DNA from: a virus
Lineage: Duplodnaviria; Caudoviricetes
IMG/VR virus record: IMGVR_UViG_3300027038_000043
Location: 1-37,796 of that record
Reading direction: 5' to 3' (one strand)
DNA: 37,796 nt
In this document: piece after piece, positions 25,180 through 33,303 of the stretch
Numbering within the stretch: the stretch's first letter is position 1
How the letters are laid out: each line of letters starts with the position of its first letter
Made by a program: the position numbers and the translations under genes
The notes under the pieces: model-generated
Told to the model about the DNA's origin: nothing
Databases searched by the model: none
Seen by the model: the letters and a program-made list of their open reading frames with translations, nothing else

Positions 25180-26588
25180 GCGGCAACGAACTCTTTTATC
25201 ATGATGAAAACGGCGTGAAGCAGGATCGCGCCTTGTGGGAAGAACTGCTCGGCGAGAAATTTCCTGAAATCCGAGATCTCGGAGGACCAGGCTCTGGACC
25301 ACAAGTTGGCGATGGATCTCATGATGCTCGTTCCAAATCTTTTTCTACAAATCTACTGGGTCGAGATCCAGAAGGACACGATCCAGCAGGAGAACTAGGA
25401 AAACACTTACCAGACTTGTGGAATGAAAAAGGTAAGAACGAAGCAAAGCAGTATTTGCGAAATAGTATCCAGCGTGGAACCGAAGAACTTGAAGGACCAC
25501 AACGAGACCAAAAGTTGAGTAAGCAAGGTAATGACGTTGAGATTACATTACGTCGTGTTTCACCAGATGAAATAGATCGAGTACATCTTCGTGGTGACAC
25601 ACGGTATAGTCATGGTGAAATGGCAGAGTATCTCAAAACTTCCGGTAAGGAGCTACCACCAATTCAACTTGGTCAAACTGAGCACGGTTTACATCTCCTC
25701 GACGGTCATCATCGGTGGCGCGCATATCTGGAAGCAGGAAAATCTCCATTAGTGTTTATCACGAAAACTGTGCCTGGTGTTATCGGAAATCCGCAAGTTC
25801 ATCTGAAGATTGAACTTGGTGAACATCGTGCGGCAGCCAAACGTTCACGTTCAGAGACAATTCTTCATAAAGCTGCTGACAAGCATCTTGATAAAGTACA
25901 AACAGCAATCATACAGGCATTGAAATCTGGGCAACAATCCGTTCTTCGTTCTCAATTATCACAAGCAATTCAGTCAAGAAATAGGCACCAAGCTGAAATC
26001 GCTATGGCTATCGCGCCAAGCGTTGTTCGAACAGCACTTCTGACAGCACTTCCTTCCGTTCTACTCGAAGTGTTGGCAGATGGCAAAGTGGCTGGATCCC
26101 AGTTGTTGAAAAGTAAACTTCGTGTAACGGAATTAAGAGTTGCTGCTGGTCCGGACGATCGTGCGAAAGAGTGGGCTCGTGATCATGCTGCTGAACTCGC
26201 AAAAGATATTTCTGATACTACTCGTCAAGATATCGCTGACGCAATAGTTGACGCATTTGATGATGGCGACCTAGAAAATGCTGAAGAGCGTATAATTGAA
26301 GCAGTTGGTGATGAAACTCGGGGTGCCATGATCGCGCGAACTGAAATTATGACTGCTGTTCATGTTGGTCAACGTCAATCATGGCAAGATGCTGTTGATG
26401 AAGGTATTCTTAGTGGGAAGGAACGTCGAGAGTGGATAGCAGTTGAGGGTGCGTGTGACGAATGCGGATTTCTTGATGGGACTACAGCGTCTCTAGATGG
26501 TGAATACGATGATCCAGGTGGAGATGGACCTCCACTTCACCCAAATTGTAGGTGCTCCGAGTCCATTTCTTCCGGAGGTGATGAATGA
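25176..26588 (+). CDS. MuF (Mu gpF/SPP1 gp7-like) head morphogenesis protein with N-terminal ParB/Srx-like module
   Basis: C-terminal MIARTE...W....ACDEC..LDG...PPLHPNCRC; N-terminal GGPGSGP tag then LPPI...LLDGHHRW. Confidence 0.88.
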   Translation: MSGNELFYHDENGVKQDRALWEELLGEKFPEIRDLGGPGSGPQVGDGSHDARSKSFSTNLLGRDPEGHDPAGELGKHLPDLWNEKGKNEAKQYLRNSIQRGTEELEGPQRDQKLSKQGNDVEITLRRVSPDEIDRVHLRGDTRYSHGEMAEYLKTSGKELPPIQLGQTEHGLHLLDGHHRWRAYLEAGKSPLVFITKTVPGVIGNPQVHLKIELGEHRAAAKRSRSETILHKAADKHLDKVQTAIIQALKSGQQSVLRSQLSQAIQSRNRHQAEIAMAIAPSVVRTALLTALPSVLLEVLADGKVAGSQLLKSKLRVTELRVAAGPDDRAKEWARDHAAELAKDISDTTRQDIADAIVDAFDDGDLENAEERIIEAVGDETRGAMIARTEIMTAVHVGQRQSWQDAVDEGILSGKERREWIAVEGACDECGFLDGTTASLDGEYDDPGGDGPPLHPNCRCSESISSGGDE

Positions 26589-26728
26589 ATCTCTTAGTTT
26601 TGCTCATTATTCTCATTCTCTTGTTTGGCGGTGGTGGATGGTATTCAGGTAATAACAATGTCGCTATTGGTGTTCCTGGGATACTAATTATCATTCTCAT
26701 CATTTTGCTAGTTACAGGAAGGCTCTAA
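26585..26728 (+). CDS. 47-aa DUF3309-like membrane protein
   Basis: Hand translation MNLLVLLIILILLFGGGGWYSGNNNVAIGVPGILIIILIILLVTGRL; GGAGG SD, ATGA overlap. Confidence 0.75.
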   Translation: MNLLVLLIILILLFGGGGWYSGNNNVAIGVPGILIIILIILLVTGRL

Positions 26729-26740
26729 CAGGAGACTAAA

Positions 26741-29700
26741 ATGGAAAAAGTTGCTCGGCATGTTCATCTCATTGGTGCGGCTGGGCAACTACGCACAGCG
26801 ACCTATGACAGTCGAGAACATCTAGTGCTACCAGTTATTGCCCTTATTGAGGGCGTAATCCATGCTGTGAACGCGGACACCCCTGAATTTGTTCCGTTAA
26901 CGTCACTGATGGCTGCTCCACAAGGTTGGAATGGTCGACCAGTCGTATATGGACATCCTGTACGAAATGGCCGGCAGATTTCAGCCAATGACCCACTTGT
27001 ACTTGAGAAACAATCATTTGGTGTGGTGTTTCAATCGCGAATGAATGGTTCACGATTAGGCATGGAAGCGTGGTTGGATCCGAAGAAAGCCGAACGTGTT
27101 GGGGCTCAGCGGACACTCGAACGAATTCGAGCGGGAGAAACAGTAGAAGTGTCCGTTGGTGCGTTTGTGGTAACAGAGGATAAACAAGGCTACCATAATG
27201 GAAAAGCCTACAAAGCCATTTGGCGTGATATTATTCCGGATCATCTAGCCATCCTCGAAGATGGAAAGATAGGTGCGTGTAGTTGCGCGATGGGGTGTGG
27301 AACACCACGAATGGCAGCTGCAATTCATCTTGTGACTGCTGAAGGATTCCAGACCTTTGAGACACTTGGTGGTCCTGGCTCTGGCCCACAAAAAGGTGAT
27401 GGTTCTGGCCATGTAGGAAGCAAAAATCGCGATTGGGGATCGGGTGGTGGACTTGGATCGGGCGAATATGTTGATTTTGGATCTGTAGAACAGTCTTTAA
27501 GTGGCTCAACAATTTCTGAAAAAGCGGACAAATTAAGTGAAGAAGCAAATAAATCTGGGTCTGTTGCTTCTCACGCTCAAGCTACGATGGCTCATGATAA
27601 AGCTGCCAGATCTCATCATCAGCGCGGTGATGTGTATAGAGCAGATCATCACTTGAAAAAAGCTAGAGAACATCGCCAAAAGACTACTGAATTACAGAAA
27701 GTAAGAGCTGCTGGTGGTCCAGGTTCAGGCCCGCAAAAAGATGGTGATCGTTTTGGCCTGACGAGAGAGCAAAAAGATAAGAATTACGAGATCATGCACG
27801 GTAAGCCAAAGGAACGAAACTGGAATCCAGATAATACCAATAAAAGTCCTGATTGGCGTTCTGGCCCACAAGGATCTCATAAAAATTTTGATGACAAAGA
27901 CGCAATGAGAATTGCCGATATTCTTGTTAAAGCAAAAGACAGTCCAGAGAAAGCTGAAAAGTTAGCATCTCAAATGGCTCGCTCTATCAAAGACGTTGAT
28001 AAAGCTCTGAGACGGGGAAATGCTGCTAAGGATGCTGGTCAACATAAAATTGCGAAAATTTTCCATGATCGTCACAAGGAGCTGCGTGGTGCTGAAGAAA
28101 TTCACAATTTTGCGGATAGAGTTATCAAAATTTTGAACGGAGAAAATATGGAATTTGAAACACTAGGAGGTCCTGGCTCTGGGCCAAATCCTGGCGACGG
28201 AAAGGGTCGAGGAAAAGGTGACGGCGAAAAATCTGGTGGGAAACTTGGTAAGATTTCTTCCATTGGAGAACTTCATCGGCTAGCTAAGGAAGATCCACGA
28301 TACGAAAAACTTGCGATGGTAGCATCTGAAAATCTTGGTCATGAAGCTAAAGATCTTGATGATGCCATTAAGTGGTTAAACACCAACGCGAACGAGACAG
28401 ATGAAAAAGGTGTGGTTGGTGAAATTAATTTTGTTCGCGATATTGTAACTGATCCAAAAGGGGAGAAGTTAGAGAAAACAGAAAAAGCAAGCAAGCCACT
28501 CTCTGGCAAAGCTGACAAAGATGCCAAATCCATTCTTGGTTCTGGTGTCAAGGGCAATGGCAGAGAATTCACGTGGAGTAAACGTGGTGGCTATGCTGAT
28601 GCCAAATTGAAGAAAGTGGAAGAGAAACTTCGTGCAAAAGGTTTTGTTGAAGAAACTGGATCATCTAGTTCGAGTCCTGACGGTTCATATATTGGAAATG
28701 CAACACGATATTCTCATCCGGATGGTCACTCAGCTCGTATAGATCGGGACTATGGGAACACCAAAGGGGACAATCGATTTTCAGCAACTATCAAGTTTAG
28801 AGGAGCTGAAATAAGAGATGCTGAAATCGTGGAAGAACAAGAGGATATTCTTAGTTACGCAACAATGGATACTCTTCTTGAACAGATAGGAGAATCCTAC
28901 GACGAAATCTCAAGTGTAGTTGAAGATTTGAGAGCAGCAGAAGAATATCCGGCATCAACGCCAGAAGAGGAGGAATCTGAAGAAGAGATAGAGACAGCTC
29001 GCCTAGAATCACTTCAAGCTTTGTGTATCGCCACGTATCATTCTCTTAATGCTATGATGAGCATGGCGAATAACTTGCTCGACCTTCAGACAGATGACAT
29101 GCGTCATGCTGCTCGAAGAATTATCGATTGCAAAGCTTGTGAAGGGTCGGGCAACAAGGATGGTAATCCTTGTGAAGTATGCGATGGAGATGGCGAGCTT
29201 CGGGTGGCTGTTGGTGCCAGACATTCTGTAAGTGATCTCAAAGTTATTCAGGACGTTCACGATGGTGCTGTGAAATTGGGCGCTGATTGCAAACCGCAAT
29301 TGCGTGATATGGAGAGTAAAATGCCATTCAAGCCATTTGAAAAGAAAACAACAGATTGTGATGCCTGTGATGGCACTGGTAAAAAGGATGGCGAAGAGTG
29401 TGATAAGTGTGAAGGTAAGGGCAAAGTTCCATTTAAGCTCAAGGAAGCAGAGGGAGTGAAGATGACGAAGGAAGCGAAGACCGAACTTATCAAGACACTT
29501 GTTAGTGACAAGCACAGTGGTTTTACGGTGGCGGACGAAAAGATGCTAGAAGCCGCATCTGATGAGCGTCTCGAAGCATTTCGAGTAGCATCAGTAGCGA
29601 GAGCGGCTGAAATCAAGGCGGCTGCGGCTGCGAAGAGTGAACAGCCAAAGCTGAGCGACGACGATTTCGTGAAGGAGTTTGGCGTCGAGCGCGGAGCACT

Positions 29701-29989
29701 GAAAACGTTGGTTGCTAAACAGCAAGCGCAGGAAACTGAGCGAAAAGCGGAACTCGTTGCTGCGCTGAAAACTGCGCAGAGCGAATACTCAGAATCGGAG
29801 TTGGCAGCTGAATCGTTGGAGAGACTCGAACGATTGGCAAAAGTGGCCAAGATCCAGTCGGCTTCTGTCAGCTACGAGGGTGCTCGATTGGTGCCTCGCG
29901 CAGCTGCGGCCAAAGACGATGTGTTTGCGAATCCTCCCGATCCGTATGCGGCTGGTCTCGAAGCGATGCGGAAGGGTTCAATCAACTAA
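26741..29989 (+). CDS. prohead maturation protease (DUF2213-like) fused to cargo modules and scaffold
   Basis: WNGRPVVYGHP, EVSVG, PDHLAIL, GACS motifs in the first 195 aa; three GGPGSGP tags; acidic/coiled-coil scaffold-like C-terminus; position before the capsid genes. Confidence 0.88.
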   Translation: MEKVARHVHLIGAAGQLRTATYDSREHLVLPVIALIEGVIHAVNADTPEFVPLTSLMAAPQGWNGRPVVYGHPVRNGRQISANDPLVLEKQSFGVVFQSRMNGSRLGMEAWLDPKKAERVGAQRTLERIRAGETVEVSVGAFVVTEDKQGYHNGKAYKAIWRDIIPDHLAILEDGKIGACSCAMGCGTPRMAAAIHLVTAEGFQTFETLGGPGSGPQKGDGSGHVGSKNRDWGSGGGLGSGEYVDFGSVEQSLSGSTISEKADKLSEEANKSGSVASHAQATMAHDKAARSHHQRGDVYRADHHLKKAREHRQKTTELQKVRAAGGPGSGPQKDGDRFGLTREQKDKNYEIMHGKPKERNWNPDNTNKSPDWRSGPQGSHKNFDDKDAMRIADILVKAKDSPEKAEKLASQMARSIKDVDKALRRGNAAKDAGQHKIAKIFHDRHKELRGAEEIHNFADRVIKILNGENMEFETLGGPGSGPNPGDGKGRGKGDGEKSGGKLGKISSIGELHRLAKEDPRYEKLAMVASENLGHEAKDLDDAIKWLNTNANETDEKGVVGEINFVRDIVTDPKGEKLEKTEKASKPLSGKADKDAKSILGSGVKGNGREFTWSKRGGYADAKLKKVEEKLRAKGFVEETGSSSSSPDGSYIGNATRYSHPDGHSARIDRDYGNTKGDNRFSATIKFRGAEIRDAEIVEEQEDILSYATMDTLLEQIGESYDEISSVVEDLRAAEEYPASTPEEEESEEEIETARLESLQALCIATYHSLNAMMSMANNLLDLQTDDMRHAARRIIDCKACEGSGNKDGNPCEVCDGDGELRVAVGARHSVSDLKVIQDVHDGAVKLGADCKPQLRDMESKMPFKPFEKKTTDCDACDGTGKKDGEECDKCEGKGKVPFKLKEAEGVKMTKEAKTELIKTLVSDKHSGFTVADEKMLEAASDERLEAFRVASVARAAEIKAAAAAKSEQPKLSDDDFVKEFGVERGALKTLVAKQQAQETERKAELVAALKTAQSEYSESELAAESLERLERLAKVAKIQSASVSYEGARLVPRAAAAKDDVFANPPDPYAAGLEAMRKGSIN

Positions 29990-30045
29990 CATTCACGTGC
30001 TGTTCACGTGAAATGTGATAGTTCAGTTAACGAAGGAGACTAGAA

Positions 30046-30522
30046 ATGGCACAACCGGTGAAGTTTCCGCCAAACACGATTCACCTTGGCGGCGATGTAA
30101 CAATCGTGAACGAGGTGGCTGCTGGAGTGGCAATCGTTCCTGGCATGCTCATCGAACGGTACAATTCGTCGGGCACTTCTTTGATGCGTCCATGCACAAC
30201 GGTCACTGCTATTGGTGTGGCCGCGATGTTTGCTCTCAACCAGTCCATGCTCAACAAAGGCGTCGGATTGCCTGCTCCTGGCGTAGCAGCTGACAACTAC
30301 GCCGTTGGTGATCTTGTCGAGGCGGCAATTGGCCACAAAGGTTCCACGTTCTGGGCATTGGTGGCTACTGCTGCTCCAGCGATTGTTGCTGGTGACAAGT
30401 TGGAATCAGCTGGCGACGGCACGCTCCGCAAGTGGACAACTGGAACGCCGGTCGCTCTGGCTCTGGAAGGTCTCACCAACGTGTCGGGCGCAAACGCTCG
30501 ACTCCGAGCTGAGGTGATCTAA
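30046..30522 (+). CDS. capsid decoration/cement protein
   Basis: AAGGAG SD; AIVPGMLI, Y.VGD.V, GDKLESAGDGTL motifs; between scaffold and major capsid. Confidence 0.8.
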   Translation: MAQPVKFPPNTIHLGGDVTIVNEVAAGVAIVPGMLIERYNSSGTSLMRPCTTVTAIGVAAMFALNQSMLNKGVGLPAPGVAADNYAVGDLVEAAIGHKGSTFWALVATAAPAIVAGDKLESAGDGTLRKWTTGTPVALALEGLTNVSGANARLRAEVI

Positions 30523-30576
30523 CATTTCACTTGTGTGAAATGTACTTTGAAAACTGCTGGTTGTAGGAGGTATAGA

Positions 30577-31563
30577 ATGAGATTTACTGTGACGGATGAA
30601 AATAGCCCGATCCAAGGCGCGATGATGCGCGCCATGGCAGAGGGTGGCGGCGATCTTTCGATCGCATCGCTGCGTGCACTGTCACCACTTTCTGAGCGAG
30701 CTCAGATTTTGGTGGATAAAGCGGTTTTGGAAGTTGGTCTTTCACGACTCGTCGTGACAGCCGACATTATGGCCGCTGGATTGGTCTATCCACTCTCGGA
30801 TCCACTCTCCGTAACGCAAATCGAGTGGGAAGCGATCAACAAGGTTGGTGGGGCACAGCGCACGATGAACCCATCAGCTCGTGGAGAAAACCAGTTGCCG
30901 GATCGCAAGCCCTATCGGATTCCGGTCTATCTGACGACTGACGATTTCTTCCTCGGAATCCGAACGCTGAAAATGTCTCAGCGTGTTGGTCAGCCTCTCG
31001 ATACGACGCTCGTCAGCCAAGCCACTCGTCGTGTTAACGAGGCAATCGAAGATGCCACTATCAACGGCTCAGGGCCGGTGGTTGGTGGATTCTCTGCTCC
31101 TGGTATTCTCAATGCACCAAATGCGAATACCTACTCCATCGTTGTTCCATGGACAACGGCAACGGGCGAACAAATTCGTGTCGACGTTATGAACATGATT
31201 GCGAAGTTGCAGACGGATCTGAAATATGGTCCGTACAACTTCTACGTTGGCACGACATACAGCAATGCGCTGGACGCTGATTTCAAGGCGAATGGAACCC
31301 AGACAATCCGGCAACGCCTTGAGCAAATCCAGGCTGGTGGCCGTCCCATCAAATTCACAACGGCTGACGCGATGCCAGCAACTACGGTGGCTGGTATTCA
31401 GATGACGAGCGATGTAATCGAAATCGTAAATGGTCAGCCACCTACGGTGATCCCATGGACTTCTCTGGATGGGTTCACCCTCTACTGGTTGGTAATGGCG
31501 ATAATGATACCCCGAGTACGTTCCGATTACGATGGGAACAGTGGCATCGTGATAGGGTCCTAG
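30577..31563 (+). CDS. major capsid protein (HK97 fold, linocin M18/encapsulin-like family)
   Basis: AGGAGG SD; 328 aa; PLDTT....ATRRVNEAIE, GILNAPN, YGPYNFYV, MAIMIPRVRSDY.G.SGIV. Confidence 0.9.
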   Translation: MRFTVTDENSPIQGAMMRAMAEGGGDLSIASLRALSPLSERAQILVDKAVLEVGLSRLVVTADIMAAGLVYPLSDPLSVTQIEWEAINKVGGAQRTMNPSARGENQLPDRKPYRIPVYLTTDDFFLGIRTLKMSQRVGQPLDTTLVSQATRRVNEAIEDATINGSGPVVGGFSAPGILNAPNANTYSIVVPWTTATGEQIRVDVMNMIAKLQTDLKYGPYNFYVGTTYSNALDADFKANGTQTIRQRLEQIQAGGRPIKFTTADAMPATTVAGIQMTSDVIEIVNGQPPTVIPWTSLDGFTLYWLVMAIMIPRVRSDYDGNSGIVIGS

Positions 31564-31621
31564 TCGTGAATGTTTCTACTTGTACGGAAATATCGGAAAT
31601 CCTGGGATAAGGAGCTAGAAA

Positions 31622-32134
31622 ATGCCAGAGTTGACAGCAGAACAAAAGGCCGCTCAAGACAAAGCAGCTGCCGAAAAGGCTGCAGCCGACAAAGCGGCAG
31701 CTGATGCCGCAGCGAAGGCCAATGCACCGAACATCGCTGCGCAGACAGCAGCTCAGAAGAAAGTCGCAGACGCACAGAAAGCATTGGCTGACGCCGAAGC
31801 AGAACTGGCCAAGACAGGCGCAACTAAAGCAACTACGGCAGATGAGGACAAGAAGGCAGCGGCAGTTAAGTCCGAAGCAAAGCCTGTCGTTGTTTCAGGA
31901 CGAATTGGTGGTGCGTTTTCCATCGATGGTGAAGGATTTGGTAATGCTGGTGGCACTTTGATGATTGGTGGTCGGGTGATTCCAACCACTCGATGGAATG
32001 ATCGGAGTATCAAGGGACAGTTGCCAGCGGATCTTGGTTCTGGTGAAATCGTTCTTACGACAGCGGCAGGAGTTCAGAAAGGCGTGTGGCCCACTCCTCC
32101 GCCAAAGGAAGTACCTGTTCTGGTTGTTCGATAA
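31622..32134 (+). CDS. Ala/Lys-rich protein with C-terminal IPT/TIG-like Ig domain
   Basis: KAAA repeats; FSIDGEGFG...W.DRSI...LP....GEIVLTT. Confidence 0.7.
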   Translation: MPELTAEQKAAQDKAAAEKAAADKAAADAAAKANAPNIAAQTAAQKKVADAQKALADAEAELAKTGATKATTADEDKKAAAVKSEAKPVVVSGRIGGAFSIDGEGFGNAGGTLMIGGRVIPTTRWNDRSIKGQLPADLGSGEIVLTTAAGVQKGVWPTPPPKEVPVLVVR

Positions 32135-32141
32135 AACAAAG

Positions 32142-32171
32142 TCACCGAGGAGAAGCAATTCTCCTCGGTGA
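32142..32171. terminator. strong hairpin after the head operon
   Basis: TCACCGAGGAGAA-GCAA-TTCTCCTCGGTGA, perfect 13-bp stem; a U-tract follows only on the minus strand. Confidence 0.6.
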
Positions 32172-32188
32172 TATTGAAGGACTTATAA

Positions 32189-32773
32189 ATGGCAGTTACG
32201 CTAATTGCAACACCTGGTGCAGCCGATGCAAACAGTTATGAAACGGTAGCTGAAGCAAACATATATTTTGCAAATCGTCTTCCTCTTAAGCCAGCTTGGG
32301 TTGGAATTGGCGATCTGCCGGCGCAAGCATTAATCATGGGCACAAGATCTCTTGATTCGTTGGCTGTGTTGCATAAGAGATTAATTCGTACTCAGAATTC
32401 ACAGTATTATCTCACAAATCGGGCGTGGACTGGGGCTCCTACTTCATCTACACAAGCTCTCGCTTGGCCGCGGACAGGAATGTTTGATCGTCTTGGTCGT
32501 GAAATCCCAAGTAATGTCATTCCACAAGAATTAAAAGATGCTCTTTCTGAGCTAGCAGGACAATTCCAGAAATCGGATAGAACACTTGACAACGATGTGT
32601 CAGTACAAGGTATTACGAGTATTCGAGCGGGCAGTGTTTCTGTGTCCTTTAAAGATGGCATAGAAGCTAAAGTCTGGACTGACGCAGTATGGAATCTCAT
32701 GCCTCCATCGTGGTTTACAGATGAAATCATGGAATATGCGTATAACAAACATGCAGAGTTTGAGGTTCTTTAA
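32189..32773 (+). CDS. head-tail adaptor protein
   Basis: DANSY.TVAEA..YF, QALAWPR, IPQELKDA..ELA motifs. Confidence 0.85.
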   Translation: MAVTLIATPGAADANSYETVAEANIYFANRLPLKPAWVGIGDLPAQALIMGTRSLDSLAVLHKRLIRTQNSQYYLTNRAWTGAPTSSTQALAWPRTGMFDRLGREIPSNVIPQELKDALSELAGQFQKSDRTLDNDVSVQGITSIRAGSVSVSFKDGIEAKVWTDAVWNLMPPSWFTDEIMEYAYNKHAEFEVL

Positions 32774-33160
32774 ATGGGCTTGTTAGACATTCTACGCACC
32801 GGAGTTGCAATCGCTGATTCAGTGACAAAAGACCTTCAGTGCTATGTTATGTACACGAAATCTGCTGGTGTAGACTATGAGGGAAATCCTGGTACTCCTG
32901 GTGCTCCGATAGAACTTCGAGCAATCGTCGACTGGAAACAAGCACAAGTACGCACGCAGGGTGGAGAACTAACTGTCACTCGCGCGACTGTGCTATTTTT
33001 GGATATTGATGCTATTATTGCAGCTACAAATGGTGAAGGGATAGGGGATGAGGATATTATCATTCTTCCAGATGGAACAACGGGGCCAATTCTTGATATG
33101 GGTGGATTTATCGATGCTGGGACTGGACATCCGTTAGCAACAGAGGTGTTTCTCGGATGA
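32774..33160 (+). CDS. head closure/completion protein
   Basis: Size and synteny after the adaptor. Confidence 0.65.
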   Translation: MGLLDILRTGVAIADSVTKDLQCYVMYTKSAGVDYEGNPGTPGAPIELRAIVDWKQAQVRTQGGELTVTRATVLFLDIDAIIAATNGEGIGDEDIIILPDGTTGPILDMGGFIDAGTGHPLATEVFLG

Positions 33161-33303
33161 AAACCCTTGAACTATCGAGTGGCGCGCATAACGTCGGCGC
33201 GGTCGGATCCAAAGCGGTGGACTGGGTTTTACTAGAGATCTACCTAGGATCCAAGCGCGGGCTAAAATCTTTGGCGCGTAGCTTTTACCTTGAAAAATAT
33301 TAG
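33157..33303 (+). CDS. possible 48-aa ORF
   Basis: ATGA overlap with the upstream stop and fills an otherwise empty gap; atypical codon usage. Confidence 0.3.
   Translation: MKTLELSSGAHNVGAVGSKAVDWVLLEIYLGSKRGLKSLARSFYLEKY

Noticed and set aside
14983-28195. 2A-like ribosome skipping at NPG/HPGP next to the tags
   Set aside because: The DxExNPGP consensus is absent, NPG is present in only some copies, and 2A skipping is not known to work on bacterial ribosomes.
12706-29989. Inteins explaining the oversized portal and protease
   Set aside because: No C/S-start plus HN-C/S/T splice junctions or LAGLIDADG motifs were seen at module boundaries.
30577-31563. Bacterial encapsulin or bacteriocin locus
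   Set aside because: It is embedded in a complete terminase-portal-protease-tail gene order, so it is the phage major capsid protein.
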